Counted from the first letter of the stretch, positions 9,725 through 20,095 are shown. The stretch is 64,000 nucleotides of DNA from Candidatus Poribacteria bacterium (GCA_963665235.2 CAXXLX010000001.1:2048001-2112000); one strand, 5' to 3'. Numbers and translations: made by a program. Notes: generated by a model from the sequence alone, not told the origin.

Positions 9725-10875
9725 TTTAATAGGCTCAATTGTTCGTAATTTTCGGGACCGGTTCTTGAAAGAACGACCTCACCCACTGTTAAACCTGTTT
9801 CAAGTAGTTTTCGAATAGGTTTAGTATCCCAAGCAACGTTGACGACTGTTTCGGTTTGTGTAGGCGTAAGTATTAGCACCTCTGTCGCGTCAATGCCTGG
9901 TTCTGTAAGAAGCGCGTCGCTGTGTGTGCTAATAAAGACCTGCCGTTGCCTGATTTTTTGCATCTGGGAAATTAAAGGTGCCAGTTGGGAAACGATTCCA
10001 AGATTCAATGAAAGCTCCGGCTCCTCTAATAGGAGAACTGAATCGCTTTCAAGAAGCGACCACAAGAGCCCGATAAACCGGAGGGTGCCATCAGAAAACT
10101 GATCTTCTCGTTGCCACATTCCTTGTGCGCGCCAGTGGGAATAAAGTGCTCGCAAATGTGGACGTCCCGTGATTTCATCGCGAACAAGCTCCAACTGTTT
10201 AAACTGCGGTACAGCGATCTGGAGTGCCGATTCAATCTTTTTCAATCGTGAACGTCGTGTTTTTTCTGGGACGCTTGCAACCCGTTCAAGAAACCCCTGT
10301 CCAAACGGATCGGCTTCAACAAGCCTGCCCTGAATTGAATCTGCAAAACGGAGCAGCTGCGGCACTAAATGCAGATACGTAATGTTTCCGAAGAATTGTG
10401 CAATCTCTCGAAACTTGGCGTTCGTATTGATTTGTTCAAGAAACGTCTGGGTGAGGCGCGCTGGGTCTGCGGTATCCTCTGCATTTGGTCTATCAAGCAG
10501 CAATTCACCCGCTTTCCATACCCGTTCATGTGTGAGCAGGGTGCGGCGATACCCGCGCGGCTCTTGCTGAAAACCGAGCGCATATCGCCAAGTAGCAGGC
10601 GCGTCTGATGCATCCGCAATATGAACCTCAATTGAAACTTCAGGAGAACTTTTTGCTGCTAAACACCGTATCTTAGAGACACCGCCCCGGTCTTTAACAG
10701 CTTTCTGAAACCCGCCCCCTTCGGTTTTAGCAATATCGCGCAGAAACCGAAAAATATCCAGCAAATTCGATTTACCCGAAGCATTCGGCCCGACGATGAA
10801 CTGCCGTTCCCTGAGCGGCACATCTATCTGTTGAAAGTTTCGCCAGTTTTTGGCGATAAGATGTTTGATAATCAT
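9715..10875 (-). CDS. ABC/AAA_21-type ATPase (SMC/OLD-like)
   Basis: Walker A GPNASGKSN, signature FSDGT, Walker B LLLEEPE, H-loop STHS. Confidence 0.88.
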   Translation of the reverse strand: MIIKHLIAKNWRNFQQIDVPLRERQFIVGPNASGKSNLLDIFRFLRDIAKTEGGGFQKAVKDRGGVSKIRCLAAKSSPEVSIEVHIADASDAPATWRYALGFQQEPRGYRRTLLTHERVWKAGELLLDRPNAEDTADPARLTQTFLEQINTNAKFREIAQFFGNITYLHLVPQLLRFADSIQGRLVEADPFGQGFLERVASVPEKTRRSRLKKIESALQIAVPQFKQLELVRDEITGRPHLRALYSHWRAQGMWQREDQFSDGTLRFIGLLWSLLESDSVLLLEEPELSLNLGIVSQLAPLISQMQKIRQRQVFISTHSDALLTEPGIDATEVLILTPTQTETVVNVAWDTKPIRKLLETGLTVGEVVLSRTGPENYEQLSLLKWD

Positions 10876-10958
10876 AAATCAAAAGTTCCCCTAAAATAGA
10901 TGCGACCCCGAACGTGATACGCAAAGTGACACAATCCGGTAATTCCGCTACTTTGTGC

Positions 10959-12194
10959 TTAGAGTTCCGCGCGTGTCATAAAGGTCGCATAGATAACAGC
11001 AGTCCGAACCAGATCGGGAATATGCACACGTTCATTTATCGCATGGGCCCCCCTACCCTGCGGCCCATAACCGATTCCCGGCAAACCTGTATTGACAAAA
11101 TAATGCAAATCGGTAAATCCCGTGGTCGGTTTAAATTGGGTACGGTTAAAACGTACAGCCTGGACCGCCTGTGCAAATGCCTCAGCAAAAGGGGATGTCA
11201 CCTCGGTTATGCACGGTTCAATCCGCAAAGTTGTGCGTACATTTGCCTTTAAATCGGAATAGTATTCGCATGCACCGGAAATTGCTTCCCGCAACTCTAG
11301 CTCAGCTAACGGAAGTTCTTCATTAGGGGTAATCCGCCGGTCAATTGAGAATGTGGCATGTGCTGGTACTGTGTTGATTTTATCGCCTTCACTTCCGTGA
11401 AACGTCCCGCCTATATTCATTGTAGGGTAACGTTCGGTGCCATCAGGAAGCGTAAAGGCCCGCTTCGGGTTTTTAAGCCCCCGTTTCAGCCGGTCCAACG
11501 TTGTCACTAGTTCCACCATTTTCTCGAAGGCGTTTATCCCATCATCGGGTTGGGAGCCGTGTGCTGCTTTACCGTTAACAGCGACCTCCATCCAGATAAC
11601 GCCGTTATGTCCGTTCCCGATGTTCGTTCCCCCCCCGCCTTCGCAATTGATAACGTAGTTTGCCTTCACTAACTCCTTTTCAATGAGATAGCCTGCACCA
11701 AGTTCCCCCCCCGTTTCCTCATCACACGTGAACGAGCATTCAACGTTAAACTGCGGTTTTACGTCCATCTCCTTAAGGGCAGTGATTGCGAACAGAAGTG
11801 CAGCGATAGCATCCTTCATATCGTCCGCCCCGCGCCCGTAAAGCCACTCCCCGTTAATTTCACCACCGAACGGATTGAAACGCCAGCCTTCTGTAACAGG
11901 CACCACATCGTAATGTGCGTTGAAATGAACCGTCTTTTCTGCACCAACATTCCACCGGGCAATAAGGTTCAGTCGGGGATGACTCCCCGCGTTTGAGATA
12001 ACCTGCTGTGCACGTAATTTTGGAACCTTCACGATTTTTGTTTTCATGTCTAAGGCATTGCACTTCGCCTCAAGTAGCCCGACAATCTCAGCATAATTTT
12101 CACCCGGCGGATTGACGGTAGGTATCCGAACAAGTTCTTGCAGCAATGCACATAGCGCGTTTCTATTGTCCTTAATATAGGTTTGTACGGACAT
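10959..12194 (-). CDS. M20 family metallopeptidase (ArgE/DapE-like)
   Basis: Start MSVQ at 12194. HYDVVP, GRGADDMK, DEETGG and AHAINE motifs. Confidence 0.9.
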   Translation of the reverse strand: MSVQTYIKDNRNALCALLQELVRIPTVNPPGENYAEIVGLLEAKCNALDMKTKIVKVPKLRAQQVISNAGSHPRLNLIARWNVGAEKTVHFNAHYDVVPVTEGWRFNPFGGEINGEWLYGRGADDMKDAIAALLFAITALKEMDVKPQFNVECSFTCDEETGGELGAGYLIEKELVKANYVINCEGGGGTNIGNGHNGVIWMEVAVNGKAAHGSQPDDGINAFEKMVELVTTLDRLKRGLKNPKRAFTLPDGTERYPTMNIGGTFHGSEGDKINTVPAHATFSIDRRITPNEELPLAELELREAISGACEYYSDLKANVRTTLRIEPCITEVTSPFAEAFAQAVQAVRFNRTQFKPTTGFTDLHYFVNTGLPGIGYGPQGRGAHAINERVHIPDLVRTAVIYATFMTRAEL

Positions 12195-12222
12195 ATTCGA
12201 TGCCTCCTTCAGCAGGTAAATG

Positions 12223-12636
12223 TCAATTGACAACCGCTTGGTCACCTGCTGATAAATGTGCAACCGTTTTTCCAGTATCAGTAAAGGTGCGGGTCACATT
12301 GACAGAGGCATAGGTCCACAAAATTTTCATAGCGGTATCGCTTTCGTTCCAAAACCGGTGTGGGATGCCCGCCGGAACAAACGTCGTGTCGAAAGCTTTC
12401 ATTGTAAAAATGTCGCCATCCACTTCGCAGGTCGCTTCACCTTCCAAAATCGTGACAGATTCATCGCAGTTGTGGTAATGGCGGGCAATTGCTGCACCGG
12501 GCTCAAACATCGTCACACCGTTCGTTAAGGAGGTCGACTCGAGCCACTTCCCTGCGAGCGGCACAGTTTTTACACCGGTACCCCGGTCAATGGGAGTCTG
12601 TTCCGCAAAAGTGATAACGTGTGCACCTGTATTCAT
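12223..12636 (-). CDS. Cupin domain protein
   Basis: HYHNCDESVTILEG and VPAGIPHRF motifs. Confidence 0.88.
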   Translation of the reverse strand: MNTGAHVITFAEQTPIDRGTGVKTVPLAGKWLESTSLTNGVTMFEPGAAIARHYHNCDESVTILEGEATCEVDGDIFTMKAFDTTFVPAGIPHRFWNESDTAMKILWTYASVNVTRTFTDTGKTVAHLSAGDQAVVN

Positions 12637-12840
12637 ATCTGATATGTATCTCCTTATTATGGGTATTGGGTAGGTGTCTCCTTCCCTAGAAAATTATACC
12701 TCTTATCGGTTTAAATGTCAAGGTTAAATTGTGATGGTTTTCCAATTTTGAATTGCTTTTTTTTCTCAAATACGTTACAATACTTAACAATTCTATTCCA
12801 TACCACATACAGCTCGTTATTTTGCAAAAGGAGTATCACG

Positions 12841-14097
12841 ATGACCCGTTCTAACTTCAGCAGATTGTCTATAGTTATAGTTATGTGTGTCGCCCTTGTG
12901 TTTGCGACATCTTCTCAGTGTATAGCGAAAGCCAGCTTTTCAGGTAAAGTGATTGATGAGGCGGGGGAACCGGTGACTGATATTATCGTGGCACTTTCTC
13001 CTATAGCTCATGAGATGCATCACCTACACCGACATGCACCGCCGCCTGCTTTAGGGCTTGCGCTACAGAGTGAAACGGATGAGATGGGTGTGTTCAAGAT
13101 AACAGATATCGTCCCACAATCTAGGATGGTATTAGCCCTTGACCCCTTCCAAGATGAATCAGATTATGAGTTCCGGGGTATCAAAATTGGGGGCATAGCC
13201 TTCTATATCAACCATGAATTCCAATATCTAGGATTTCCATTTGCGATTGCCCCCGATGCCGAGGTAAAAGATGTAGAGATAACCGTGCTTCGCCGTATGC
13301 GAATTCGCGCGCGTGTCCTTTTGGAAGATGGCACCCCGCTCCGCGGCGCACGCGTAAACGTGGAGGTAAAACAGGGAGGCAGTCGCAGCAGTGGACCGGC
13401 TCCCTTGGATGAAGAAGGTTTCTTTGTGCGGTATCTGAACCGTCCGGGGACTTATACTGTCAATGTCTCACATCAGGGACAGACAGCAAAATCCAAACCG
13501 ATTGAGATTGAAGAGGGGCAGCGCATTGATGGCGTGGTCCTGAAGTTAGCGGAAGCGGCACCTGAAGCACAAGCGGAGCAACCGCAAAAACCGAAGCCGA
13601 GGGTTGTGATTGAGAAACCCGCTGGACAGGGACCGATGAACATACACGAATTTATTAAGTTGCAAAAAGAAGGGGTGTGGGCAATCAATCCTGAAAACCG
13701 ACACGCCTATAAAAAGGTTGAGTGCAAGTCGCTTGAGGATGCACAAACTATCGCCGATGAAGCGAACGCACATCTTGTCGCTATCAATGATGAAGCAGAA
13801 CAACGGTGGCTCCTCGCGGTGTTCGAAGAAGGAAATTTTTGGATCGGACTCAAAGCAGGGGCCGCAAAGTGGGACAACGGTGAACCGGTAACCTATACCA
13901 ATTGGAACACGCCGCAGAAACCCGCTGAGGAAGACACTGACAGTGAGGCGTATGCTGTCCTTATCGGAAAAACGCGGGCATGGGAAATTGCACGCGACGG
14001 AAGTCCCGTAGAACGTATCACCGAACATGCAATCTTAGAGAAAGCAGTATTCATCCTCGATGAACTGGTGCCAACGGACAATTCGGAAACCCGTTGA
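12841..14097 (+). CDS. Secreted protein with carboxypeptidase-regulatory-like domains and C-type lectin domain
   Basis: Start MTRSN at 12841 (RBS AAGGAG). SGKVIDEAGEPV; HLVAINDEAEQ...FWIGL...WDNGEPVTYTNW. Confidence 0.78.
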   Translation: MTRSNFSRLSIVIVMCVALVFATSSQCIAKASFSGKVIDEAGEPVTDIIVALSPIAHEMHHLHRHAPPPALGLALQSETDEMGVFKITDIVPQSRMVLALDPFQDESDYEFRGIKIGGIAFYINHEFQYLGFPFAIAPDAEVKDVEITVLRRMRIRARVLLEDGTPLRGARVNVEVKQGGSRSSGPAPLDEEGFFVRYLNRPGTYTVNVSHQGQTAKSKPIEIEEGQRIDGVVLKLAEAAPEAQAEQPQKPKPRVVIEKPAGQGPMNIHEFIKLQKEGVWAINPENRHAYKKVECKSLEDAQTIADEANAHLVAINDEAEQRWLLAVFEEGNFWIGLKAGAAKWDNGEPVTYTNWNTPQKPAEEDTDSEAYAVLIGKTRAWEIARDGSPVERITEHAILEKAVFILDELVPTDNSETR

Positions 14098-14122
14098 ATT
14101 ATATCCTATAGGAGGTCTTGAC

Positions 14123-15601
14123 ATGAAAAAAATAGCAGTCTTCATTTTGGCACTTCTGTTTGTTATCCACGGCACTGCCATTGCGGAAGAAGCCCCCGCT
14201 AAGCCTACAAACCCACAGGCCCTGAGCAGTTTTTCGGGGACGGTTGTTGATGTAAACGAAAAACCGGTTGCAGGATTTGTGTTCGCCGTTATACCGATGC
14301 ATCTCAACAATGGACACATGGAACCGGTGGATGCATCTCTAATTGGAGAGATATTTGGACGTATAGGTCGAATTCTATCCCCTAACCGAGACAAGGACGG
14401 TGAAGAAAATAAACGTTTACCCGGTACCGTTGAGACAGGGGAAGATGGAAAGTTTTCTATTCCGCGTATCTCGCCAGGGTTCGTTCAATTGATGATACAG
14501 CCAAACATACCCGGTGGTGATAAGTCAGATAAGAAAATTCTCTCGGTTCAATTCGGGCCGATCACCGTTTTTGAAAACAGAGGGGAGTTTGGGCCGGGTA
14601 TGGATGATAGACTCACGTTCGCGCTGCCCGCCGGTGTGCCGGTCAAAGACGTGAAAATCACCGTGATGCAGCGACTGCGGATTCACGCCCAGATTGTTTA
14701 TGCTGATGGGACGCCTATTGCTAACACTAACGTGAGCTTTCACATGAAGGTGAAAAGTGAGCACGGCAATAGTAGTATCGGCACTAGCGTTTCTACCAAT
14801 GCTGATGGATACTTTACGCGTTATATGGATAATCCCGGGGTTTACACCATTTCAGCGGAACATAAAGGGCTCTCTGGTGGTGCAACTCCTTTTCAACTGG
14901 ATGAGAAGCAGGCAGCACCTGAAAACCTCGTTATAAAACTCGATGGCAATCCACATGTCCCTGAGAAGGGGGCAGTCAGGAAACCGGGCTTAACGCCCGA
15001 CGGAAAGCCTGTTGATGTAAAAGCGATACCCCGAGAAATATTTGTCCCCGAGCAGGGGGAATTCGTACCGCTAGTGACACCGGAAGATATAGAGGCACGA
15101 AAGAAAGCACAGCAGAAGAAAGAACTCGAAAAAAGTGTATGGGTTGTTAACCCCGCAAATGGGCACGCTTATAAGAAAATACCGTGTACTAACTGGCACG
15201 ATGCCCAAAAAACGGCGATTAAGGAGGGCGCGCATCTCGTGTCCATTAACAACCGAGCCGAGCAGCTCTGGATACAAGTTATCTTCGGACACCAACCATT
15301 TTGGATTGGGTTGAACGATGTGGAAAAGGAGGGTGTCTGGCAGTGGGATAGCGGCGAACCCGTCACCTTCACTAATTGGACAGACCATGAAGTGTTTGGC
15401 GGGTCATCGCAGCCGGACTCCGAAAAGGATTATGTTGCGATGACGTTTCACTTCGGTGCATGGCAGGCAGTCGCACCTTCTAATAGAGATGGCAGGGGAC
15501 ACAGTCCGCTCTGGCACATTACGCGCCATGCAATCATAGAAAAGGACGGCCTAATTTCAAAGGTGCCTGAGCCAGCGGATACTACAGAGGAAGAAGAGTA
15601 G
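14123..15601 (+). CDS. Secreted protein with carboxypeptidase-regulatory-like domains and C-type lectin domain (paralog)
   Basis: Start MKKI at 14123 (RBS GGAGG). FWIGLNDVEKEGVWQWDSGEPVTFTNW...QPD. Confidence 0.82.
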   Translation: MKKIAVFILALLFVIHGTAIAEEAPAKPTNPQALSSFSGTVVDVNEKPVAGFVFAVIPMHLNNGHMEPVDASLIGEIFGRIGRILSPNRDKDGEENKRLPGTVETGEDGKFSIPRISPGFVQLMIQPNIPGGDKSDKKILSVQFGPITVFENRGEFGPGMDDRLTFALPAGVPVKDVKITVMQRLRIHAQIVYADGTPIANTNVSFHMKVKSEHGNSSIGTSVSTNADGYFTRYMDNPGVYTISAEHKGLSGGATPFQLDEKQAAPENLVIKLDGNPHVPEKGAVRKPGLTPDGKPVDVKAIPREIFVPEQGEFVPLVTPEDIEARKKAQQKKELEKSVWVVNPANGHAYKKIPCTNWHDAQKTAIKEGAHLVSINNRAEQLWIQVIFGHQPFWIGLNDVEKEGVWQWDSGEPVTFTNWTDHEVFGGSSQPDSEKDYVAMTFHFGAWQAVAPSNRDGRGHSPLWHITRHAIIEKDGLISKVPEPADTTEEEE

Positions 15602-15629
15602 TGTGTTTTCAGTTCTGCAAATATTAATC

Positions 15630-15658
15630 TTGACTTCTCTTTTGAGAGCTGCTATACT
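15630..15658 (+). promoter_or_regulatory. Sigma70-type promoter
   Basis: TTGACT-N17-TATACT. Confidence 0.7.
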
Positions 15659-15880
15659 ATCTAACAGTAATGGTTACAAACCCATGTTCTGTATGGGTGA
15701 GTTTGGTGATGTTTTTCAACGCAAAACGTGTTCTATATTTAGAAAAGAGCTAATTTTGGGAGTTGCGTAGCTGTTATCGTGCACCAACCGTTTTGGTGGC
15801 AAAAATTGAGAGCTTCCGTAATCTTTTCGGAAAAGCAGCTGGCAACTACGTAACCAAGACAAATAAGGAGAATTCCGAAC

Positions 15881-16654
15881 ATGAAAGTCTATAAGATGTC
15901 TGCTGTGCTTGTTGTGTTGCTGATGTTGACCGTATCAATGTCAGGTTTTGCACAAGTGCAAGAAAAAAACCTCGTCGGCTGGTGGCTTTTTGATAATGAT
16001 TCAGAGGAAACCGGCAATTGGGGAGATATAGTGTTTGAGGGTGCTGAGATTGAGAAGGGACAACTTGTCCTTGAGAGCGGAAAATGGGCACATGCCTTTG
16101 AGTATAGTGGTCCCGATATTAAAGAATTGACATTGGTCGTTTGGGTTAGTTTGGACAATCTGGATGTCAGGAGAGGTTCTGCACTGACCCTGGATCGGTG
16201 TTGTAACGTGGATCAGTTTTGTGGAATTATCTATGCTGAAAGACAACCGAGGCAATGGATGCCCGGCAGCAGTCATTTCCGACGCACGGATGATTTTCCC
16301 AATGTTGTGAATGAAGAAAAAACCGGTGAAATGCATTCCGTGGTAATAACATATAAGCTTGTCAACAACCTGTATGAGATCACCGGATATCGTAATGGCA
16401 AAAGCCTCGGCAGCTTCACAAAAGGGGATTCAAGAACATGGCGAAAAGATGAAGCTGAAGCAATCTGGGGCACGCGGCATAGCACCGGAAATGAGGATAA
16501 AGGAACCCGGGATTTCCTCGTCGCACATCTTGAAGAAGCTCGAATTTACAACGTCGCCTTGACAGAGGCGGAGGTCCAAAAACTGGAAATGGGTGGACTT
16601 GCAGTTGAAGCCCGCGATAAACTTGCAACCCGATGGGCAAAAATTAAGAGGTAG
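15881..16654 (+). CDS. Secreted LamG-like jelly-roll protein
   Basis: Signal peptide, LVGWWLFD and EEARIYNVALT motifs. Tail AVEARDKLATRWAKIKR. Confidence 0.8.
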   Translation: MKVYKMSAVLVVLLMLTVSMSGFAQVQEKNLVGWWLFDNDSEETGNWGDIVFEGAEIEKGQLVLESGKWAHAFEYSGPDIKELTLVVWVSLDNLDVRRGSALTLDRCCNVDQFCGIIYAERQPRQWMPGSSHFRRTDDFPNVVNEEKTGEMHSVVITYKLVNNLYEITGYRNGKSLGSFTKGDSRTWRKDEAEAIWGTRHSTGNEDKGTRDFLVAHLEEARIYNVALTEAEVQKLEMGGLAVEARDKLATRWAKIKR

Positions 16655-16817
16655 TAATTGCTTCGAACGGATTAAACATCTGTCCACCGAACCGAATTCT
16701 GAAGATTCAGAGTCCTCTATTACGTCCTTTAGGGGACTCTGATGAACTCAGGGTTCCGCTAAAATGTTGTTTATTAGGTTAAGTTTCAGATTAAAAATTT
16801 TAAAAGGAGTTGTTCAC

Positions 16818-17591
16818 ATGACAACAAAAATCTACTATCTCTGTGCAGTGTTGCTCCTGCTGGGTATGCCGATGGCAGGTTTTGCACAGGTGCAAGAGGG
16901 CAACCTCGTTGGCTGGTGGCGATTTGACGATGGCACAGACCAAACCGGTAATTGGGGTGATATAGCACTTGAGGGTGCCACAATTGAGGATGGACAGCTT
17001 GTCCTTAATGATGGAAAATGGGCACATTCTATAGAATACAGTGGACCTGATATTACAGAGTTAACATTAGTGGTATGGGTTACTTTAGACAACCTGGACC
17101 TCCGAAGAGGTTCCGCACTTACGCTGGACGCGCTCACCGTGGATCAGTTCTGTGGAATTATCTATGCTGAAAGGCAACCGAGACAATGGATGCCGGGGAG
17201 TAGTCATTTCCGACGCACGGATGATTTTCCCGATGTTGTGAATGAAGACAAAACCGGCGAAATGAATCTTGTAGCCATCACATACAAGAATGTCAACAAC
17301 CAATACCAAATCACCGGTTATCGGAATGGCGAGAGTCTCGGTAGTTTTAATAAAGGCGATCTCAGAACATGGAAAGCCGGGAACGCCGAAGCCATTTGGG
17401 GAACGCGGCACACAGCAGGCACAGATAATAAACAGACTCGGAACTTCATTGCCGCACATCTTGAAGAAGCTCGAATCTACAACGTCGCTTTGACTGCTGA
17501 CGAAGTTATGAGTTTGCACGAAGGCGGACTCACACCCGTTGAACCGAAAGGCAAGCTCGCTACGCAATGGGGTGCGCTGAAAACCCGATAA
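16818..17591 (+). CDS. Secreted LamG-like jelly-roll protein (tandem paralog)
   Basis: Start MTTK at 16818 (RBS AAGGAG). Highly similar to 15881..16654. Tail PVEPKGKLATQWGALKTR. Confidence 0.8.
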   Translation: MTTKIYYLCAVLLLLGMPMAGFAQVQEGNLVGWWRFDDGTDQTGNWGDIALEGATIEDGQLVLNDGKWAHSIEYSGPDITELTLVVWVTLDNLDLRRGSALTLDALTVDQFCGIIYAERQPRQWMPGSSHFRRTDDFPDVVNEDKTGEMNLVAITYKNVNNQYQITGYRNGESLGSFNKGDLRTWKAGNAEAIWGTRHTAGTDNKQTRNFIAAHLEEARIYNVALTADEVMSLHEGGLTPVEPKGKLATQWGALKTR

Positions 17592-17608
17592 TCTCTCTAA
17601 CCTCTTCA

Positions 17609-17633
17609 GTAGGAGCGAGCTGTGCTCGCGACC
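17609..17633 (+). repeat. GTAG-type REP (GTAGGAGCGAGCTGTGCTCGCGA)
   Basis: Same family at 61828 and 61865. Confidence 0.7.
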
Positions 17634-17672
17634 TCTATGTGCTTTGAAAACCCAATAATTTCTCTAACCCGC

Positions 17673-17718
17673 GTTCAAAGGCCGGTAGTTGAATCTACTG
17701 CTGGTCTTTGAACTTTTT
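17673..17718 (+). terminator. Intrinsic terminator between convergent genes
   Basis: GTTCAAAGGCCGGTAG...CTGGTCTTTGAAC hairpin followed by TTTTT. Confidence 0.65.
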
Positions 17719-17722
17719 CTTA

Positions 17723-19639
17723 TCAATCCGGCAGGATGCGATATCCGCTGCTAATACCTGTAACCATCCCGGTAATTGCCCATAACCCAGCACATACCAT
17801 CTCCCCGATAACCAACCCCAGAAACACAGGCCGTGCTTGTCGGTATGCCTTCAATCCGCCATATTTCACGATAGCGAATTTCATTCCCCATCCCAGAAAG
17901 ATTGAGAACCACAGTTTGAAGGTCGCCCATGAACTCAACATCGTATAGCCGAGGGGATGCAGGGGCCACCACACAAAGGTCTGCCGCATCCACATCAACC
18001 ATGCCGTGAACCCCCCGCCGAACATAATAAACCCTGTGTTCGTCCAATTGGTAGTCGTTTTCGGAGTAATGAGCAGCCCTTCAAGCTGCCGCATAAACCA
18101 GCTGCCGCCCATATAGGGGGCACCGTGTGCATAACCGACTTTAAGCGCGGAATAGTAAGAGATGCCAAGCCCGATAACCATTGCAACCGCCATTGCAATG
18201 AGCAGTTGTCGGCGTTTGACGCGTGCCTCGTCTGCCGCCTTCAGACCGTTCATAATGTTCGGCATCATAAACTCCCGCAGGTCAAGCGTTAGACACACCG
18301 GGTGCATCAATAACGATGTTAGGGTCGAGGGATGAATTTTTGAGGTGCCGAGGGTTGTGAGAAAAAAGCTTTGCGGTGAAAACGATGGATTGATGAACGG
18401 AATGCCACCGTTAATTACCTGCCACGTCAAGACCACATACATTGCAAGCAGGAATAGCACAAAACCTAACGCGAACAGAATGGACATCCCCATCATGTGA
18501 TTGAAAAAGACCAGCACACATACCCCACCTATAAGTCCAAAGATTGTAACCCCGTAGGGCATTGCCTCATCGGAGGTGCGGGATTGGAACATGTTTTTGA
18601 TGTGGTGTCGCGTTTTCCATAAGGCGATAGCAACAAACACTAAACATGCACCCGCCTCCTGTGCAGCACTGAACGACTTTCCTGTCCATTGAACACCCGG
18701 CCCGGAGGTCAGTTGAAAACCGAGTATTACCCCCAAAAGGCATTGCAGCTTGTAAAACAGAAAGAAAAACCAGATGCTGAAAGAGACCTCTAGGGTTAAC
18801 AGATAGCTAAATCCCACCATTGACCAAAAGATAACAATCTGAAATGGACGCAGGGCATTCCACGGTCTTTCTGTCAGATATTGATTGAGCCAAAAATCGC
18901 GGGGGATATGTGGCACGGCGGGGAAAAACGTGTGGAGCCCGTTCATAGTATGGAGAAATACCGGAAATGCCAATCCGAACCAGAACGCGCTGTTTTTAAA
19001 GAGCGGCCCGAGTCTACCGCTCCCTTGCACCGCCATCTCAACAGGCAATTTGACAAGCGGAAACGCGCAACGTTCATATTCCACCCACTGCTTACGGAGC
19101 AGGACTGAAAGGCACACCATCACGAAATAGATGACCAGCACATAACAACTCCAGATAAGGATAGGGGATATCCACGCGCCCCACGGCACCGCCTCACCTG
19201 CAAACAAGCCTTCATAAAAGGAGCGGATAGCGGACTCGTCACGTACCACACGCCAATGCGGAATATAGTGGTGGAATAGCGATTCCCAATCGTTTTCAGC
19301 CGTGGCAAAATACTGATAGGCTACCATCGGGCTGAGCGCGTAACGCATCATCCCTGAAGATGGGATGCCCGCCGGGGCAAGCATAATGCACCAGATTGTG
19401 ATAAGTTCACCCGGTGAAAAGGCGGATTGCGGGTGAATCTGTTTTAAAAGGACATTAACCCCCAATACAAACAACGTGAGCACAAAGAACGGCCCGACTG
19501 GGAAATGCCCGCCTGCAAGGAAAATGTTACGGATGACGTAATCGTTGTATGGGGCAAGGAGACATTCAATCGTGGCGCACACCAACCCGATGAGTACTGC
19601 ACGCCAAGAGAGACTTGTTCGTGTCCGTTGTTGTATCAC
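17723..19639 (-). CDS. Polytopic membrane protein (DUF6785/DUF6784-like, putative transporter)
   Basis: Many TM helices. LRKQWVEYERCAFPL, WWPLHPLGY and KYGGLKAYRQARPVFLGLVIGE motifs. Confidence 0.65.
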   Translation of the reverse strand: MIQQRTRTSLSWRAVLIGLVCATIECLLAPYNDYVIRNIFLAGGHFPVGPFFVLTLFVLGVNVLLKQIHPQSAFSPGELITIWCIMLAPAGIPSSGMMRYALSPMVAYQYFATAENDWESLFHHYIPHWRVVRDESAIRSFYEGLFAGEAVPWGAWISPILIWSCYVLVIYFVMVCLSVLLRKQWVEYERCAFPLVKLPVEMAVQGSGRLGPLFKNSAFWFGLAFPVFLHTMNGLHTFFPAVPHIPRDFWLNQYLTERPWNALRPFQIVIFWSMVGFSYLLTLEVSFSIWFFFLFYKLQCLLGVILGFQLTSGPGVQWTGKSFSAAQEAGACLVFVAIALWKTRHHIKNMFQSRTSDEAMPYGVTIFGLIGGVCVLVFFNHMMGMSILFALGFVLFLLAMYVVLTWQVINGGIPFINPSFSPQSFFLTTLGTSKIHPSTLTSLLMHPVCLTLDLREFMMPNIMNGLKAADEARVKRRQLLIAMAVAMVIGLGISYYSALKVGYAHGAPYMGGSWFMRQLEGLLITPKTTTNWTNTGFIMFGGGFTAWLMWMRQTFVWWPLHPLGYTMLSSWATFKLWFSIFLGWGMKFAIVKYGGLKAYRQARPVFLGLVIGEMVCAGLWAITGMVTGISSGYRILPD

Positions 19640-19704
19640 TATCTGCTCACTTTCGTATTGGTAATAGTGCTATAGTAAATTTTGAAAAAAGTTTTCATCT
19701 AGTA

Positions 19705-19937
19705 TGAGGAGCGGGCTGGTTGCCCGAATACTGGGCGATAAGTTTGCTCCTTAGGGACGCTATGTTTATAGGCACCTGGGTTTTTGTCCAGCTCTTAGTC
19801 CCGTAGGGACGCTATCTTTATAGAAAACCGTTTCCGCCCCGGCTCTTAGTCCCAGTATTCAGGCAAGCAGCCTGCTCTTAAGGACGATATCTTTATAGAA
19901 GTTAGTGCAAACGGACATTTATTATCAAGCTCACGTT
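19705..19937. repeat. Cluster of AGTCCCGTAGGGACG-type REP units containing two copies of the AGTATTCGGGC micro-element
   Basis: Units at ~19750, 19791 and 19842. Tail GTTAGTGCAAACGGACATTTATTATCAAGCTCACGTT is shared with 31237-31384 and 40985-41075. Confidence 0.75.
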
Positions 19938-19988
19938 TTTAATAATACACCGAGCATCAGATTTTGTAAAGCGGAAAATATGAGCACA

Positions 19989-20064
19989 GTGTCACACTTT
20001 TAACACAGAAAACGCGAGGGGTTGTCATAAAATAGTGGTTTAATTTAAAGAATTCGTTTAGAAT
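19989..20064 (+). promoter_or_regulatory. Candidate Pho-box array upstream of the phosphoesterase
   Basis: Half-sites in 11-bp phase: GTGTCAC (19989), TTAACAC (20000), TTGTCAT (20022). TAGAAT at 20059. Confidence 0.4.
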
Positions 20065-20095
20065 TGGCATATCAAATAAAAAAAAGAGGAGAAAA

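Noticed and set aside
15881-17591. Diversity-generating retroelement TR/VR pair
   Set aside because: The similarity covers two full paralogous genes. Differences in the most similar stretch are mostly third-position rather than adenine-specific, and there is no reverse transcriptase in the window.
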